Shown in pieces: positions 9,550 to 19,726 of a stretch of 64,000 nucleotides of DNA. Both the position numbers and the translations under genes were made by a program. Source of the DNA: an uncultured Acidobacteriota bacterium (lineage in GTDB: Bacteria > Acidobacteriota > Vicinamibacteria > Vicinamibacterales > UBA2999); assembly GCA_902826065.1 (NCBI GenBank), contig CADEDM010000006.1, positions 836 through 64,835 on the forward strand. Direction: 5' to 3'. The notes beneath the pieces are model-generated. The model was not told where the DNA came from. It ran no database searches and was given only the letters and a program-made list of their open reading frames with translations. Within the stretch, counting starts at the first letter, position 1, and the number at the start of each line of letters is the position of its first letter.

Positions 9550-10728
9550 ATGGCCGTGTCCACCGCGCGACCTACCCACGACTGGCGCCCGCAACCGTGG
9601 GCGGAGCGCGTCATCGCGACGCTGATGGTCGTGGCCTTGGCCGCCCCGGGCCTCGCTACGGCCGTGGGCCTCGGCCGCGATGCGCAGCGCGACGAGGCGC
9701 CCGCCCCGCAGGCCGGCGGCGTGCTGGCCTCGACTGCGGCGGCCTTCGACGGACGCTTCGCCTACCGGGCGTGGTTCGTCACCGCGCAGGCGCGACTGCG
9801 CGAGGCGCTCTTCGGCGTGTCGCCGCTGCCGACGGTCTGGCGCGGCCGCGACGGGTGGTGGTACCTCGCCGCCGATGGCGCCGTCGAGGACACGCTGAAC
9901 GAGTCGCCGTTGTCCGCGGCGGATCTCGAGGCCTGGTGCACCACGCTGCAACACACCTACGACTGGCTGCGCGGACGCGGCATCGCGTACGTGTTCGTGG
10001 TCGCGCCCGACAAGCCGACCATCTATCCCGAGCACCTGCCGGCGAGCCTGCACCCGCGCCCCGGCACCACCCGCACCGACCAGCTCGTGACGGCCTTGAC
10101 GACCCGCACCACGGTGCCGCTCATCGACCTGCGCCCGGTGCTGCTGGCCGCCAAGCACGACGGCCCGCTCTTCCATCTCACCGACACACACTGGAACGAC
10201 GTCGGCGCGGCGCTGGCTTATCGCCAGGTACTCGGCGCGCTGGCCGGCCGCGTGCCGGGCCTGGCGCCGGCGGCTGGCGACGACGCGTTCACGCTGACGC
10301 CCACCCCGCAGCCGGGCGGCGATCTGGCCTCGATGCTGGGCTTGTCGTCGGCGCTACCCGAGACCGAGCGGCGCCTGGTGCCGCGGCGTCCGCGGCGTGC
10401 CCGCACGATCGAGCCGCCGACCAGCGAGAAGGGCTTCGGCGTGCCGCGGATGGTCACCGTCGTCGATGACGCCACGCTGCCGCGCGCGGTCGTCTATCGC
10501 GACTCGTTCGGATCGGCGCTGATTCCGTTCCTGGCCGAGCACTTCCAGCGCATGGTGGTGCTGTGGGAGTACGACGTCGTGCCGGCAACCATCCGCGAAG
10601 AACGGCCGCAGGTCGTGATCCACGAGTGGGTCGGCCGGCGCCTGCACACACGCCTGCCCTACGACGCGATCGCGGCCGATGCGGCGGCGGCCGCCGACCT
10701 CACGCGTAGCGCGCTGGCGCGTCGATGA
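9550..10728 (+). CDS. AlgJ/AlgX-like SGNH-fold polysaccharide O-acetyltransferase partner
   Basis: N-terminal anchor VIATLMVVALAAPGLA. Catalytic-type LFHLTDTHWNDVGA (DxHW) and GGDLASMLGL motifs. Starts 2 nt after the MBOAT stop. The track ORF 8779..10728 is an out-of-frame extension over the MBOAT gene. Confidence 0.75.
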   Translation: MAVSTARPTHDWRPQPWAERVIATLMVVALAAPGLATAVGLGRDAQRDEAPAPQAGGVLASTAAAFDGRFAYRAWFVTAQARLREALFGVSPLPTVWRGRDGWWYLAADGAVEDTLNESPLSAADLEAWCTTLQHTYDWLRGRGIAYVFVVAPDKPTIYPEHLPASLHPRPGTTRTDQLVTALTTRTTVPLIDLRPVLLAAKHDGPLFHLTDTHWNDVGAALAYRQVLGALAGRVPGLAPAAGDDAFTLTPTPQPGGDLASMLGLSSALPETERRLVPRRPRRARTIEPPTSEKGFGVPRMVTVVDDATLPRAVVYRDSFGSALIPFLAEHFQRMVVLWEYDVVPATIREERPQVVIHEWVGRRLHTRLPYDAIAADAAAAADLTRSALARR

Positions 10729-11962
10729 GCACCAGCCGCTGCCGCAACTCGTCGTACTGGGGCCCGAGTGCCGCCCGCAGCGTCGCGACGTCGAGCCGGC
10801 CGGTGAGATCGGCCGCCACCGTCAGCGTCTCGGGCAGGTAGCGGCGGCAGGCGCCGAACTCGTCTTCGTATTCGGGCGTGGGAAAGCGCAGCGACAGCGT
10901 GGTGACGCCGTCGGCGACGCGCACCTGGTAGAGCGGATTCAGCGCCAGCGTGCCGGTGACGTCGATCGGCAGCGGGACGTCGACGCGGGCGAAGACCTCG
11001 GGCGTGCGGCTGGCGACGAGCGTCAGCGACGGCTCCGCCGTGAAGGCCTCGGGCGCCGTCGCCCGTGTGAGGTCGACGTGCCCGGCGAGCACACCCTCGA
11101 ACAGGTCGGCGTCGCGGAAGAGCCGCGGGGCGATCGGCGCGAACAGGTCGGCGTAGGCCACCGGCGAGAGCGTCATGCCGGCCGAGTGGTTCTCGCCCAG
11201 CGCGCTGTGCAGGTGGGGAAGCACCAGGGCGCCGCGGGTGTCGACGAGCCGCATCAGCTCCTCGGCCAGGGCCCGCCGGCGCCAGATGTACGGGAACGCG
11301 TCCGACAGCACGACCAGCGACGCGAACTCCCGCTGAAACGGCAACGGGTCGTTGGCGTCGGCGCACACCGCCTGCACGCCCGGTGCGGTGAAGCGCGTGG
11401 TCAACCACAGCTTCCAGAAGTAGACGTCGGCGACGACGGTGCGCGCTGCGCCGGGCCCGCCGCGCGTGCCGAGACCAGCGAGCAGCCGCGTGAGGTGCCC
11501 CGAGCCGCCGCAGACGTCGACGATCCAGCCGTCGGCCACGTGCGGTGCCTGCGCCAGCGCGCGCAGCACGCCCGACGCCGTCACGAACGTCGGATCCGAG
11601 AGGCGGTAGACGAAGTAGGTGCCCTCGGCGTCGTTGCACAACAGGTGGAGCGCTTCGCGGTAGGTCGCGGCATCGCCGCGCGCGACCAGCGCCTGGAACG
11701 CCGCACGCCGCGCGTCGTCGAGGTCGAGCATCACGTCGAGCGCGGCCTCGGCCCGGCCGGCCTCGATGGCGTTCATGGCAGCGCGAGCGCGGTCGTCGGC
11801 GATCATGACCGGGATGCCGGCGACGATCGGGTAGGCGCAACAGGGGCACCCGAGCACTGCGTACTCGAGGCCCGCTGGGCCGCGGACCGCCGTCGCCTCG
11901 TCGACGCTGAGCGGCGAGCCGCAGAACGGGCAGCGGAGCAGGGGCAGCAGGTCGTCGTGCAT
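10700..11962 (-). CDS. class I SAM-dependent methyltransferase with N-terminal Trm112-like C4 zinc ribbon
   Basis: MHDDLLPLLRCPFCGSPL...LGCPCCAYPIVAGIPVMI, then a SAM motif I, VDVCGGSGHLTRLL. The last gene of the minus-strand glycan operon. Confidence 0.75.
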   Translation of the reverse strand: MHDDLLPLLRCPFCGSPLSVDEATAVRGPAGLEYAVLGCPCCAYPIVAGIPVMIADDRARAAMNAIEAGRAEAALDVMLDLDDARRAAFQALVARGDAATYREALHLLCNDAEGTYFVYRLSDPTFVTASGVLRALAQAPHVADGWIVDVCGGSGHLTRLLAGLGTRGGPGAARTVVADVYFWKLWLTTRFTAPGVQAVCADANDPLPFQREFASLVVLSDAFPYIWRRRALAEELMRLVDTRGALVLPHLHSALGENHSAGMTLSPVAYADLFAPIAPRLFRDADLFEGVLAGHVDLTRATAPEAFTAEPSLTLVASRTPEVFARVDVPLPIDVTGTLALNPLYQVRVADGVTTLSLRFPTPEYEDEFGACRRYLPETLTVAADLTGRLDVATLRAALGPQYDELRQRLVLIDAPARYA

Positions 11963-11970
11963 GGTGTGGG

Positions 11971-12759
11971 TCACGCGCGCGGACGCGGGCCGGCGGACGG
12001 GACGCCGGCGAGCGCCTCGAGGAACGTCGGGCCGCCGTGGCTGCCGGGGGCCCGATGGAAGTGCTCGACGTCGAGCAGCGCCTCCACGGCGTCGTCGGTG
12101 ATCGCCGCGAAGGCGCTGGCCGAGAACTGCGAGTGGTGGGCACGGATGGCGGCCAGCTTGGTGCGGGCGTAGTGCCCGCACGGCACGACCAGCGTCGGCG
12201 GCGCGGCGGCGGCGCCGAACGCGTCGGGGTCGAGCAGCCCGGGCACGACCGGGCGCCCCGACGGATCGGCGGCGGCGACGCGTCGCATCTGGCCGGGCGG
12301 CATGGTGACGCAGTAGAGGGCCGGCGCCTCGTCGCCGAGCGCGGTCACCGCCGCGGCGGTGCGTTCCCAGACGGCGATGTGATCGGGATGCCAGTAGAGG
12401 CCGTCCTCGCCGAAGGTGATGACGATGGTGGCGCCAACGAGGCGGATGGCACGGGTGATGTCGGCGATCAGCGCATCGGCGTCGACCCACGGCAGCAGGC
12501 CGTCGGGATGGCTGCGCAGCATCGCGCACGGCGCGTCGAGCAGGCGCGCGGCGGCGAGGAACTCCTCGGCACGACGCCTCGACAGCGGCGTCAGCGTGCC
12601 GCTGTCGCTGTTCGCCCCGGCCTCGCCACGCGTCAGCGTCAGTACGGCGGTGCGAGCGCCCGACGCGCGGGCTCGCGCCAGCGTGGCGCCGCAGGCCAGC
12701 GACTCGTCGTCGGGATGTGCGACGACGACCAGCAGCGTCGGCGCCGCGGCGTCAGCCAC
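11971..12759 (-). CDS. PIG-L/LmbE-family N-acetylglucosaminyl deacetylase
   Basis: LLVVVAHPDDESLACG (the AHPDDE zinc motif) and HPDH further on. 8-nt overlap with the upstream GT4 gene. Confidence 0.85.
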   Translation of the reverse strand: MADAAAPTLLVVVAHPDDESLACGATLARARASGARTAVLTLTRGEAGANSDSGTLTPLSRRRAEEFLAAARLLDAPCAMLRSHPDGLLPWVDADALIADITRAIRLVGATIVITFGEDGLYWHPDHIAVWERTAAAVTALGDEAPALYCVTMPPGQMRRVAAADPSGRPVVPGLLDPDAFGAAAAPPTLVVPCGHYARTKLAAIRAHHSQFSASAFAAITDDAVEALLDVEHFHRAPGSHGGPTFLEALAGVPSAGPRPRA

Positions 12760-13801
12760 GCGCGGCTCCCGACGCCTGTGCGACCCGCCGGTAGACGGCC
12801 TCGTAGGCGGCGACCATGCGATCGAGGCCGAAGCGGGCGACGGCGGTGTCGCGGACGCGGCCGCGGTCGAGCGCGAGCACGCCGGCCAGGCCCTCGACCA
12901 GTGCCTCCTCGGATGCGAACACCCCGCCGGTGACCCCGTCCTCGACGATCTCGGCGACCGCGCCGATGTCGAGAGCCGCGCACGGCGTGCCGCAGGCCAT
13001 GGCCTCGGCCAGCACCAGGCCGAACGGCTCGGGCAACTGCACCGGGTAGAGCAGTGCGCGGGCGCCGCCGAGCAGCGCCACCTTGTCGGCGCCGACGACC
13101 TCCCCGAGGTAGCGGATCTGATCGCCGTCGACCAGCGGCGCCACGAACTCGCGGTAGTAGTCGTTCTCCTCGGCCGCCAGCAGCAGCCGCAGGCCGGCGC
13201 GGCGGGCCACGCCGATGGCCTGACGCGCGCCCTTGCCCTTGGTGAAGCGGCCGAGGAACAGCAGGTAGTCGTCGGGCACCGCCCGGAAGGTGTAGGCGGC
13301 CATGTCGATGGCGTGGTGCACCGTGTCGAGGACGTTCAGGCCCTCCATGCGCCGCGCCTGTTCGCCCGACACGGCCACGAACGGCGCCTCGGGATAGCGA
13401 CGCCAGATGGCGACCTCCTCGGGCTGCGGCGCATAGTGGACGGTGTGCAGCACCGGCGTCGTGACGAGCCGCGTGAACGGCAGCGACATCGGCCAGTACT
13501 CGCACTGGACGTGGATGACGTCGAACGACGCCGCCCGTTCGATCGCCGCGCCGACGTTCAGCATCTCGCACAACTCCCACGTCCACAGCGACGGGTCGTC
13601 GCGGTAGCCGATCGGGAAGGTCGCGTGCAGCCGGGCCGACGTCGTGGAGCTGCCGATGGCGAACAGCGTGACGTCGTGGCCGCGGGCCACCAGGCCCTCG
13701 ACCAGGTACGACGTCAGCGCCTCGATCGATCCGGACCGTGGCGGCGGCACAGACGTCGCCACCGGCGCGACCACCGCAATGCGCAGCGCGCCGCCGGTCA
13801 T
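12752..13801 (-). CDS. GT4-family (GT-B fold) glycosyltransferase
   Basis: LRIAVVAPVATSVPPPRSGSIE N-domain and a C-terminal EPFGLVLAEAMACGTPCAA (EX7E-type) motif. ATGA overlap with the upstream gene. Confidence 0.85.
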   Translation of the reverse strand: MTGGALRIAVVAPVATSVPPPRSGSIEALTSYLVEGLVARGHDVTLFAIGSSTTSARLHATFPIGYRDDPSLWTWELCEMLNVGAAIERAASFDVIHVQCEYWPMSLPFTRLVTTPVLHTVHYAPQPEEVAIWRRYPEAPFVAVSGEQARRMEGLNVLDTVHHAIDMAAYTFRAVPDDYLLFLGRFTKGKGARQAIGVARRAGLRLLLAAEENDYYREFVAPLVDGDQIRYLGEVVGADKVALLGGARALLYPVQLPEPFGLVLAEAMACGTPCAALDIGAVAEIVEDGVTGGVFASEEALVEGLAGVLALDRGRVRDTAVARFGLDRMVAAYEAVYRRVAQASGAARG

Positions 13802-14919
13802 GACAGGGCCGTTTCCAGGAACGGCGGCAGCACGCGCGATGCCTCGAACACGTCCCCGGCGATCTCGCGCGCCCGGCGGCGGTGACGGGCCTCGTCGGTG
13901 GCGATCGTCTCGAGCCCGGCCAGCGCCTGGTCCGGCGTCGAGAACGGCAGCAGGCCCTCCCCGTGCGGCAGATGGGCCGACCAGCCGGTGTCCTGCACGA
14001 GCGCCGGGCGTCCGGCCGAGAGATAGCACTGGGTGCGATCGCTGAACCAGCCCGAGCGATGCGCGACGTAGGCGTGCTTGGCCACGCCGAACTCGCCCCG
14101 CGAGCCCTGCAGGTAGGCGCGGTAGTCCCACAGATGGCGCGACACGCCCATGCCGTCCACCGTCGTCCAGCCGTGCTCGCGCAGGAAGTCCTGCGGGCCG
14201 TTCACGGCCAGTTCGATGGCGTGCGGACTGCGTTTCGCGACGTCGAGGAACTTCATGAACTCGATGTTCTTGTTGCCGTCGACGTCGGCGAAGCTCTCGA
14301 TCTTCCACGTCATCACGGTGGTGAAGCGGCTCGCCGGCAGGTCGTCCGGCGTCGCCCACGCGGCCGTGACCACGGGCTGCCAGGTCTTGTGCCACGTGAA
14401 GCCGGCCGTGGGCACGTCCGACGCCGGCGTGCCGATGTTCGCGCCGAAGGTGAAGAGGTGGTGGAAGCGGCGGAAGAAGTCGACGTACGACGGGTCGCCC
14501 TTCATGAGGGCGAGCTGCGTGAAGACGGGATCGGTGTCGACGAACACGGCGCGCGGAATCTTCGCGTACTCGTCGCGCCAGAACCACGACCCGCCGGAGA
14601 GATTGATGAACAGGTCGGCGTCGGCGGCGAACGCCTGCAGCCGCTGGCGCGGCGCGCCGTGATAGGTGCCGTCCCAGTTGACGAACGTCCAGCGGTCGCC
14701 GAGGCCGAACGGGGCCAGGGCGGCGTGGATGTAGCGCGTGCCGTAGCCCGGGTCCTTCGAGATCGTGTTCTCGACCGGGTCGTAGATGCACTCGCCGGTG
14801 TCCTCGACGTAGAAGACGTCGTGGCCCAGGGCCCGCAGGCCCAGCAAGTACATGAGTGAGCACCACGTGACGCCCCCGAACGGGTAGCGCGCGATGATGC
14901 CGGCGACGAGGATCTTCAC
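13798..14919 (-). CDS. putative glycosyltransferase, CgeB-like (Glyco_trans_1_2-type C-terminal domain)
   Basis: MKILVAGIIARYPFGGVTWCSLMYLLGLRALGHDVFYVED start and C-terminal SDRTQCYLSAGRPALVQDTG...GEGLLPF. Family assignment is from memory of similar GT-associated proteins. Confidence 0.55.
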   Translation of the reverse strand: MKILVAGIIARYPFGGVTWCSLMYLLGLRALGHDVFYVEDTGECIYDPVENTISKDPGYGTRYIHAALAPFGLGDRWTFVNWDGTYHGAPRQRLQAFAADADLFINLSGGSWFWRDEYAKIPRAVFVDTDPVFTQLALMKGDPSYVDFFRRFHHLFTFGANIGTPASDVPTAGFTWHKTWQPVVTAAWATPDDLPASRFTTVMTWKIESFADVDGNKNIEFMKFLDVAKRSPHAIELAVNGPQDFLREHGWTTVDGMGVSRHLWDYRAYLQGSRGEFGVAKHAYVAHRSGWFSDRTQCYLSAGRPALVQDTGWSAHLPHGEGLLPFSTPDQALAGLETIATDEARHRRRAREIAGDVFEASRVLPPFLETALS

Positions 14920-14932
14920 GGACGGCCCGGGC

Positions 14933-16749
<1,817 letters not shown>

Positions 16750-16753
<4 letters not shown>

Positions 16754-19629
16754 GCGCGCCTCTTGAGCGGATCCCGTTTCGGCGGCGTCGGCGCCGGCGT
16801 CACCCGCGGCCGCTTGGTGGGCTGCGGCGCCACGGCCAGCGGGCGCGTCACCATCGGCGGCGGCGCCGCGCTCTGGATGATCGGATGGCGCGCCGGAAGC
16901 GGCGATGGGACCGGGCGATCCTGCAGCAGCGAGATGCCGCTCACCGTGGCGCTCACGGCCAGCACCGCCGCGGTGACCGCCTGGCCCTTCTGCAGCGGCC
17001 GCGACGGCTGCCAGCGCAGGCGTGCCCGTGCCGGCCCGGCCAGCGACAGGAACCCGGCCTGCGCGCCGACGCGCATCAGCGCCTGGTCGAGCACGGCCAG
17101 GCTGCGCAGCGCCTGCCAGCACGCACGCAGAATCAGGCCGCCGGCGAGCACCACGGCCGCGAGGCTGGCGGTGGGCCAGCGCAGCGCGATGGCGGCGCTG
17201 GTCGCCGCGACGAGCGCGGCGGCGAGAATGAGCGCCCGCACCAGCCCGTGCACGTTGGGTTGCAGCCGCGCCCCGATGCGGCACAAGCAGCGTCCGCGCT
17301 CGTGCTCTTCCACCAGCGTCCGTACGTGCAGCCAGCCCCAGCGGCCAACCGAGAGGCTCAGGTCGCGATCGCCGTTCCAGCCGTCGTCGATGTGCACGCG
17401 CCGCGTCGGCCGCACCGCGCGCAGGCTCGCCGCCAGGGCGCTGAGCAGCGTCGTGGAGGCCAGCCACGACTCGCTCCAGAACGTCCACTCGACGGTGCCA
17501 CCGAGCTGCACGCGCACCGAGGCCAGCAGGCTCCGGATCGAGCTGGCCGAGGCCCGCCACGGCACGCCGGTGACGTGCGGCGAGTCGCCGACGTCGGGTG
17601 GCGAGGCCCAGCCCCGCAGGCGGCCGTAGACGCGTGCGATCGGCTGCAGCAGGTGCAGCCAGGCGATCAGCAGGCGGTACTGCAGCCGGCTGCGCCACGC
17701 CGAGCGGTGACGGATCGGGCCCAGGCTCGACAGATCGGTCCGCAGCGCGAACGACACGCAGCGTCCCACCGTCGTCACCCAGCCGAGCAGGCCGGCGGCG
17801 AGCAGCAGGGCCGTGGCGTCGCCGGGCCGCACGGTCAGCCCGACCAGGCCGGCCAGCACGAGCAGCGTCGACGCGATCATCCACACCGGCGCGTGCGGCA
17901 GGAACTGCACCGGATGCGACTCGGTGCGATAGACCGACGGGAACGGCGCCGTGCCCCAGAGCCCGGTGTTGACGCGCCGGCCCGAAAGCGAGCGGACGAA
18001 CGGCAGCGGGCTGTAGATGTGGCCGCGCCACAGCATCTGCCCGCCGACGAATTTCTCCGGGTGATGCGCCTCGAGCCAGGTCTCACCTTCGCCGTAGCCG
18101 ACCTGCTGGCGCCAGTAGGCCCTCACCGACGCACGGTGGTGGTGCCACACGAGCGCCGCCGGCGCGAAGCCGATGCGCTGGCCCTTCGCCTGCAGCCGCC
18201 AGCAGATGTCGACGTCGTCGCCGGCGCGCAGGTAGACCGGGTTGAAGCCGCCGATGGTGCGCAGCGCGTCGCGGCGGAACGCCATGTTGCAGCCGGGCAC
18301 GTGTTCGGCGATGCGATCGTCGAGCAGCACGTGGGTCGGACCGCCGGGTGCGCGCGCGACCGACTGGGCGATCCACGGATCGTCGGGCGGAACGACGTTG
18401 GGGCCGCCGGAGCCGACCACGTCCGTCCGCAGCATCGGCTGCACGAGGTAAGTGAGCCAGTCTTCGTCGACGCGCACATCGGCGTCGGTGTAGGCCACGA
18501 TCTCGCCGTCGGCATGGGCGAGACCGACGTTGCGGGCCGCCGAGAGGCCGGCGTTCGCCTGGCTCACGACGCGTACGAACGGATAGCGCGCGGCGATGGC
18601 CGCGGTGGCGTCTTTGGAGCCGTCGTCGACGACGATCACCTCGTACCGCGGATAGGTGAGCGTCTGCAGCGAGCGCAGGCAGTCGTCGAGGGTGTCGGCG
18701 GCGTTGTAGGCGCAGACCACCACCGAGACCAGCGGCCACGTCGCCCGTTCGTCCTCGACGAACGGCGCCTGCTGGAAGACGCGCGACACCGTGGCGAGGG
18801 CCGGCTTCGGACGCCGTTCGTGATCCACGAGTCCGAACGCCCAGTCGTCGACGTCGTGTCCGCCGCGCCACCACTCGTCGGTCCACGCGAACGCAATCGC
18901 GCCGGCGGCCCCTTCGCGGAACGCCGTCTGCACCTGCGCCGCGGTGAGTCGCGCCTGGCCGTCGAGCCCCTCGCGGATGCTGTCAGCGCCGGCCTCGGCG
19001 AGCAACAGCGGCCGGACGCCGGCGACGTGCTGCAGGCGGCCGAGATACGCGCGTAGGTCGGCCTCGTGATGCAGGTAGACGTTGAACGCGCAGACGTCGA
19101 AGCAGTCCAGATCGAGATACTCGGTCGGCGGGAAGTTGGCGTAGGCGAGCAGCGCCGCGGGCGCCGCCGACTTCGACTCCGCGTACAACGATCGCAGGAA
19201 GCGCTCGACGCGCGCCGGACCGTGCCAACGGACGACGCCGGGCGGGATCTCGTTGCCCACCGCGAACAGCAGCGCCGCCGGATGGCCGGCCATGCGCGCG
19301 ACCTCGGCCGCGACGTCGCGCCGGACGCGGCGCGTGAGCGCGGCGTCGTCGAGGAACGCGACGTGCTGCGTCCATGGGATGCCGGCCATGACGCGCAGCC
19401 CGTGCTGCGCCGCCAGATCCAGCACGGCCGTGGGCGGCCGCGTGTAGGTGCGAACCGTGTTGAGGCCGGCGGCGGCCATCGCGGCGAAGTCGCTCGCCAC
19501 GCGATCCAGCGACGGGAACTGCGAGCCGGTGGCGTCGGGGGCGAACGTGCCGTAGGTGACGCCCTTTACGAGGAAGCGCCGGCCGTCGACCTCGAGGAAC
19601 TTCCCGGAGATACGGGGTGCAATGGACAT
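16750..19629 (-). CDS. fusion protein: N-terminal clan GH-A TIM-barrel glycosidase-like domain + GT2 processive-type glycosyltransferase + C-terminal multi-TM region and Pro-rich tail
   Basis: GH-A hallmarks are FAVGNEIPP (acid/base NE) and LLLAEAGADS (nucleophile E). GT2 hallmarks are VSVVVCAYNAADTL, VVDDGSKD, YTDADV, GCNMAFRR, DDVD and WRQQVGYGEG. About 5-6 TM helices follow residue 610. I chose the start at MSIAPRISGKFLEVDG; alternatives are 19659 and 19728. Confidence 0.8.
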
Positions 19630-19644
19630 GCGGCTGAGTGAACG

Positions 19645-19682
19645 CGGAGAGAATTCCATTCTAGCGCTTGCAGCTAGGATGC
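19645..19682. promoter_or_regulatory. AT-rich divergent control region with two short inverted repeats
   Basis: AGAATtccATTCT and CTAGCgcttgcaGCTAG lie between the GT2 fusion gene and the phosphoesterase gene. The AT-rich island contrasts with the flanking GC-rich DNA. Confidence 0.35.
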
Positions 19683-19726
19683 CAACGTGTCGGGGCGGAT
19701 TATGCTTGCGCCCGCGAATGTCACGC

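Noticed and set aside
10659-12172. Two ~495-aa ORFs (10659..12143 - and 10679..12172 +) and the upstream 189 codons of track ORF 10700..12529.
   Set aside because: They are out of frame or antisense to the methyltransferase and PIG-L genes and have an Arg/Pro-rich composition. The methyltransferase has a clean start (MHDDLLPLLRCPFCG) 8 nt after the PIG-L stop.
11971-13801. GT4 + PIG-L deacetylase (+ methyltransferase) read as a bacillithiol/mycothiol-type (BshA/BshB or MshA/MshB, N-methyl-BSH) thiol pathway.
   Set aside because: The pair is embedded in, and translationally coupled to, a synthase/ABC-exporter operon. No BshC/MshC-like ligase is present. By eye, the GT4 N-terminus does not resemble BshA/MshA. 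I kept this only as an alternative to test by profile search.
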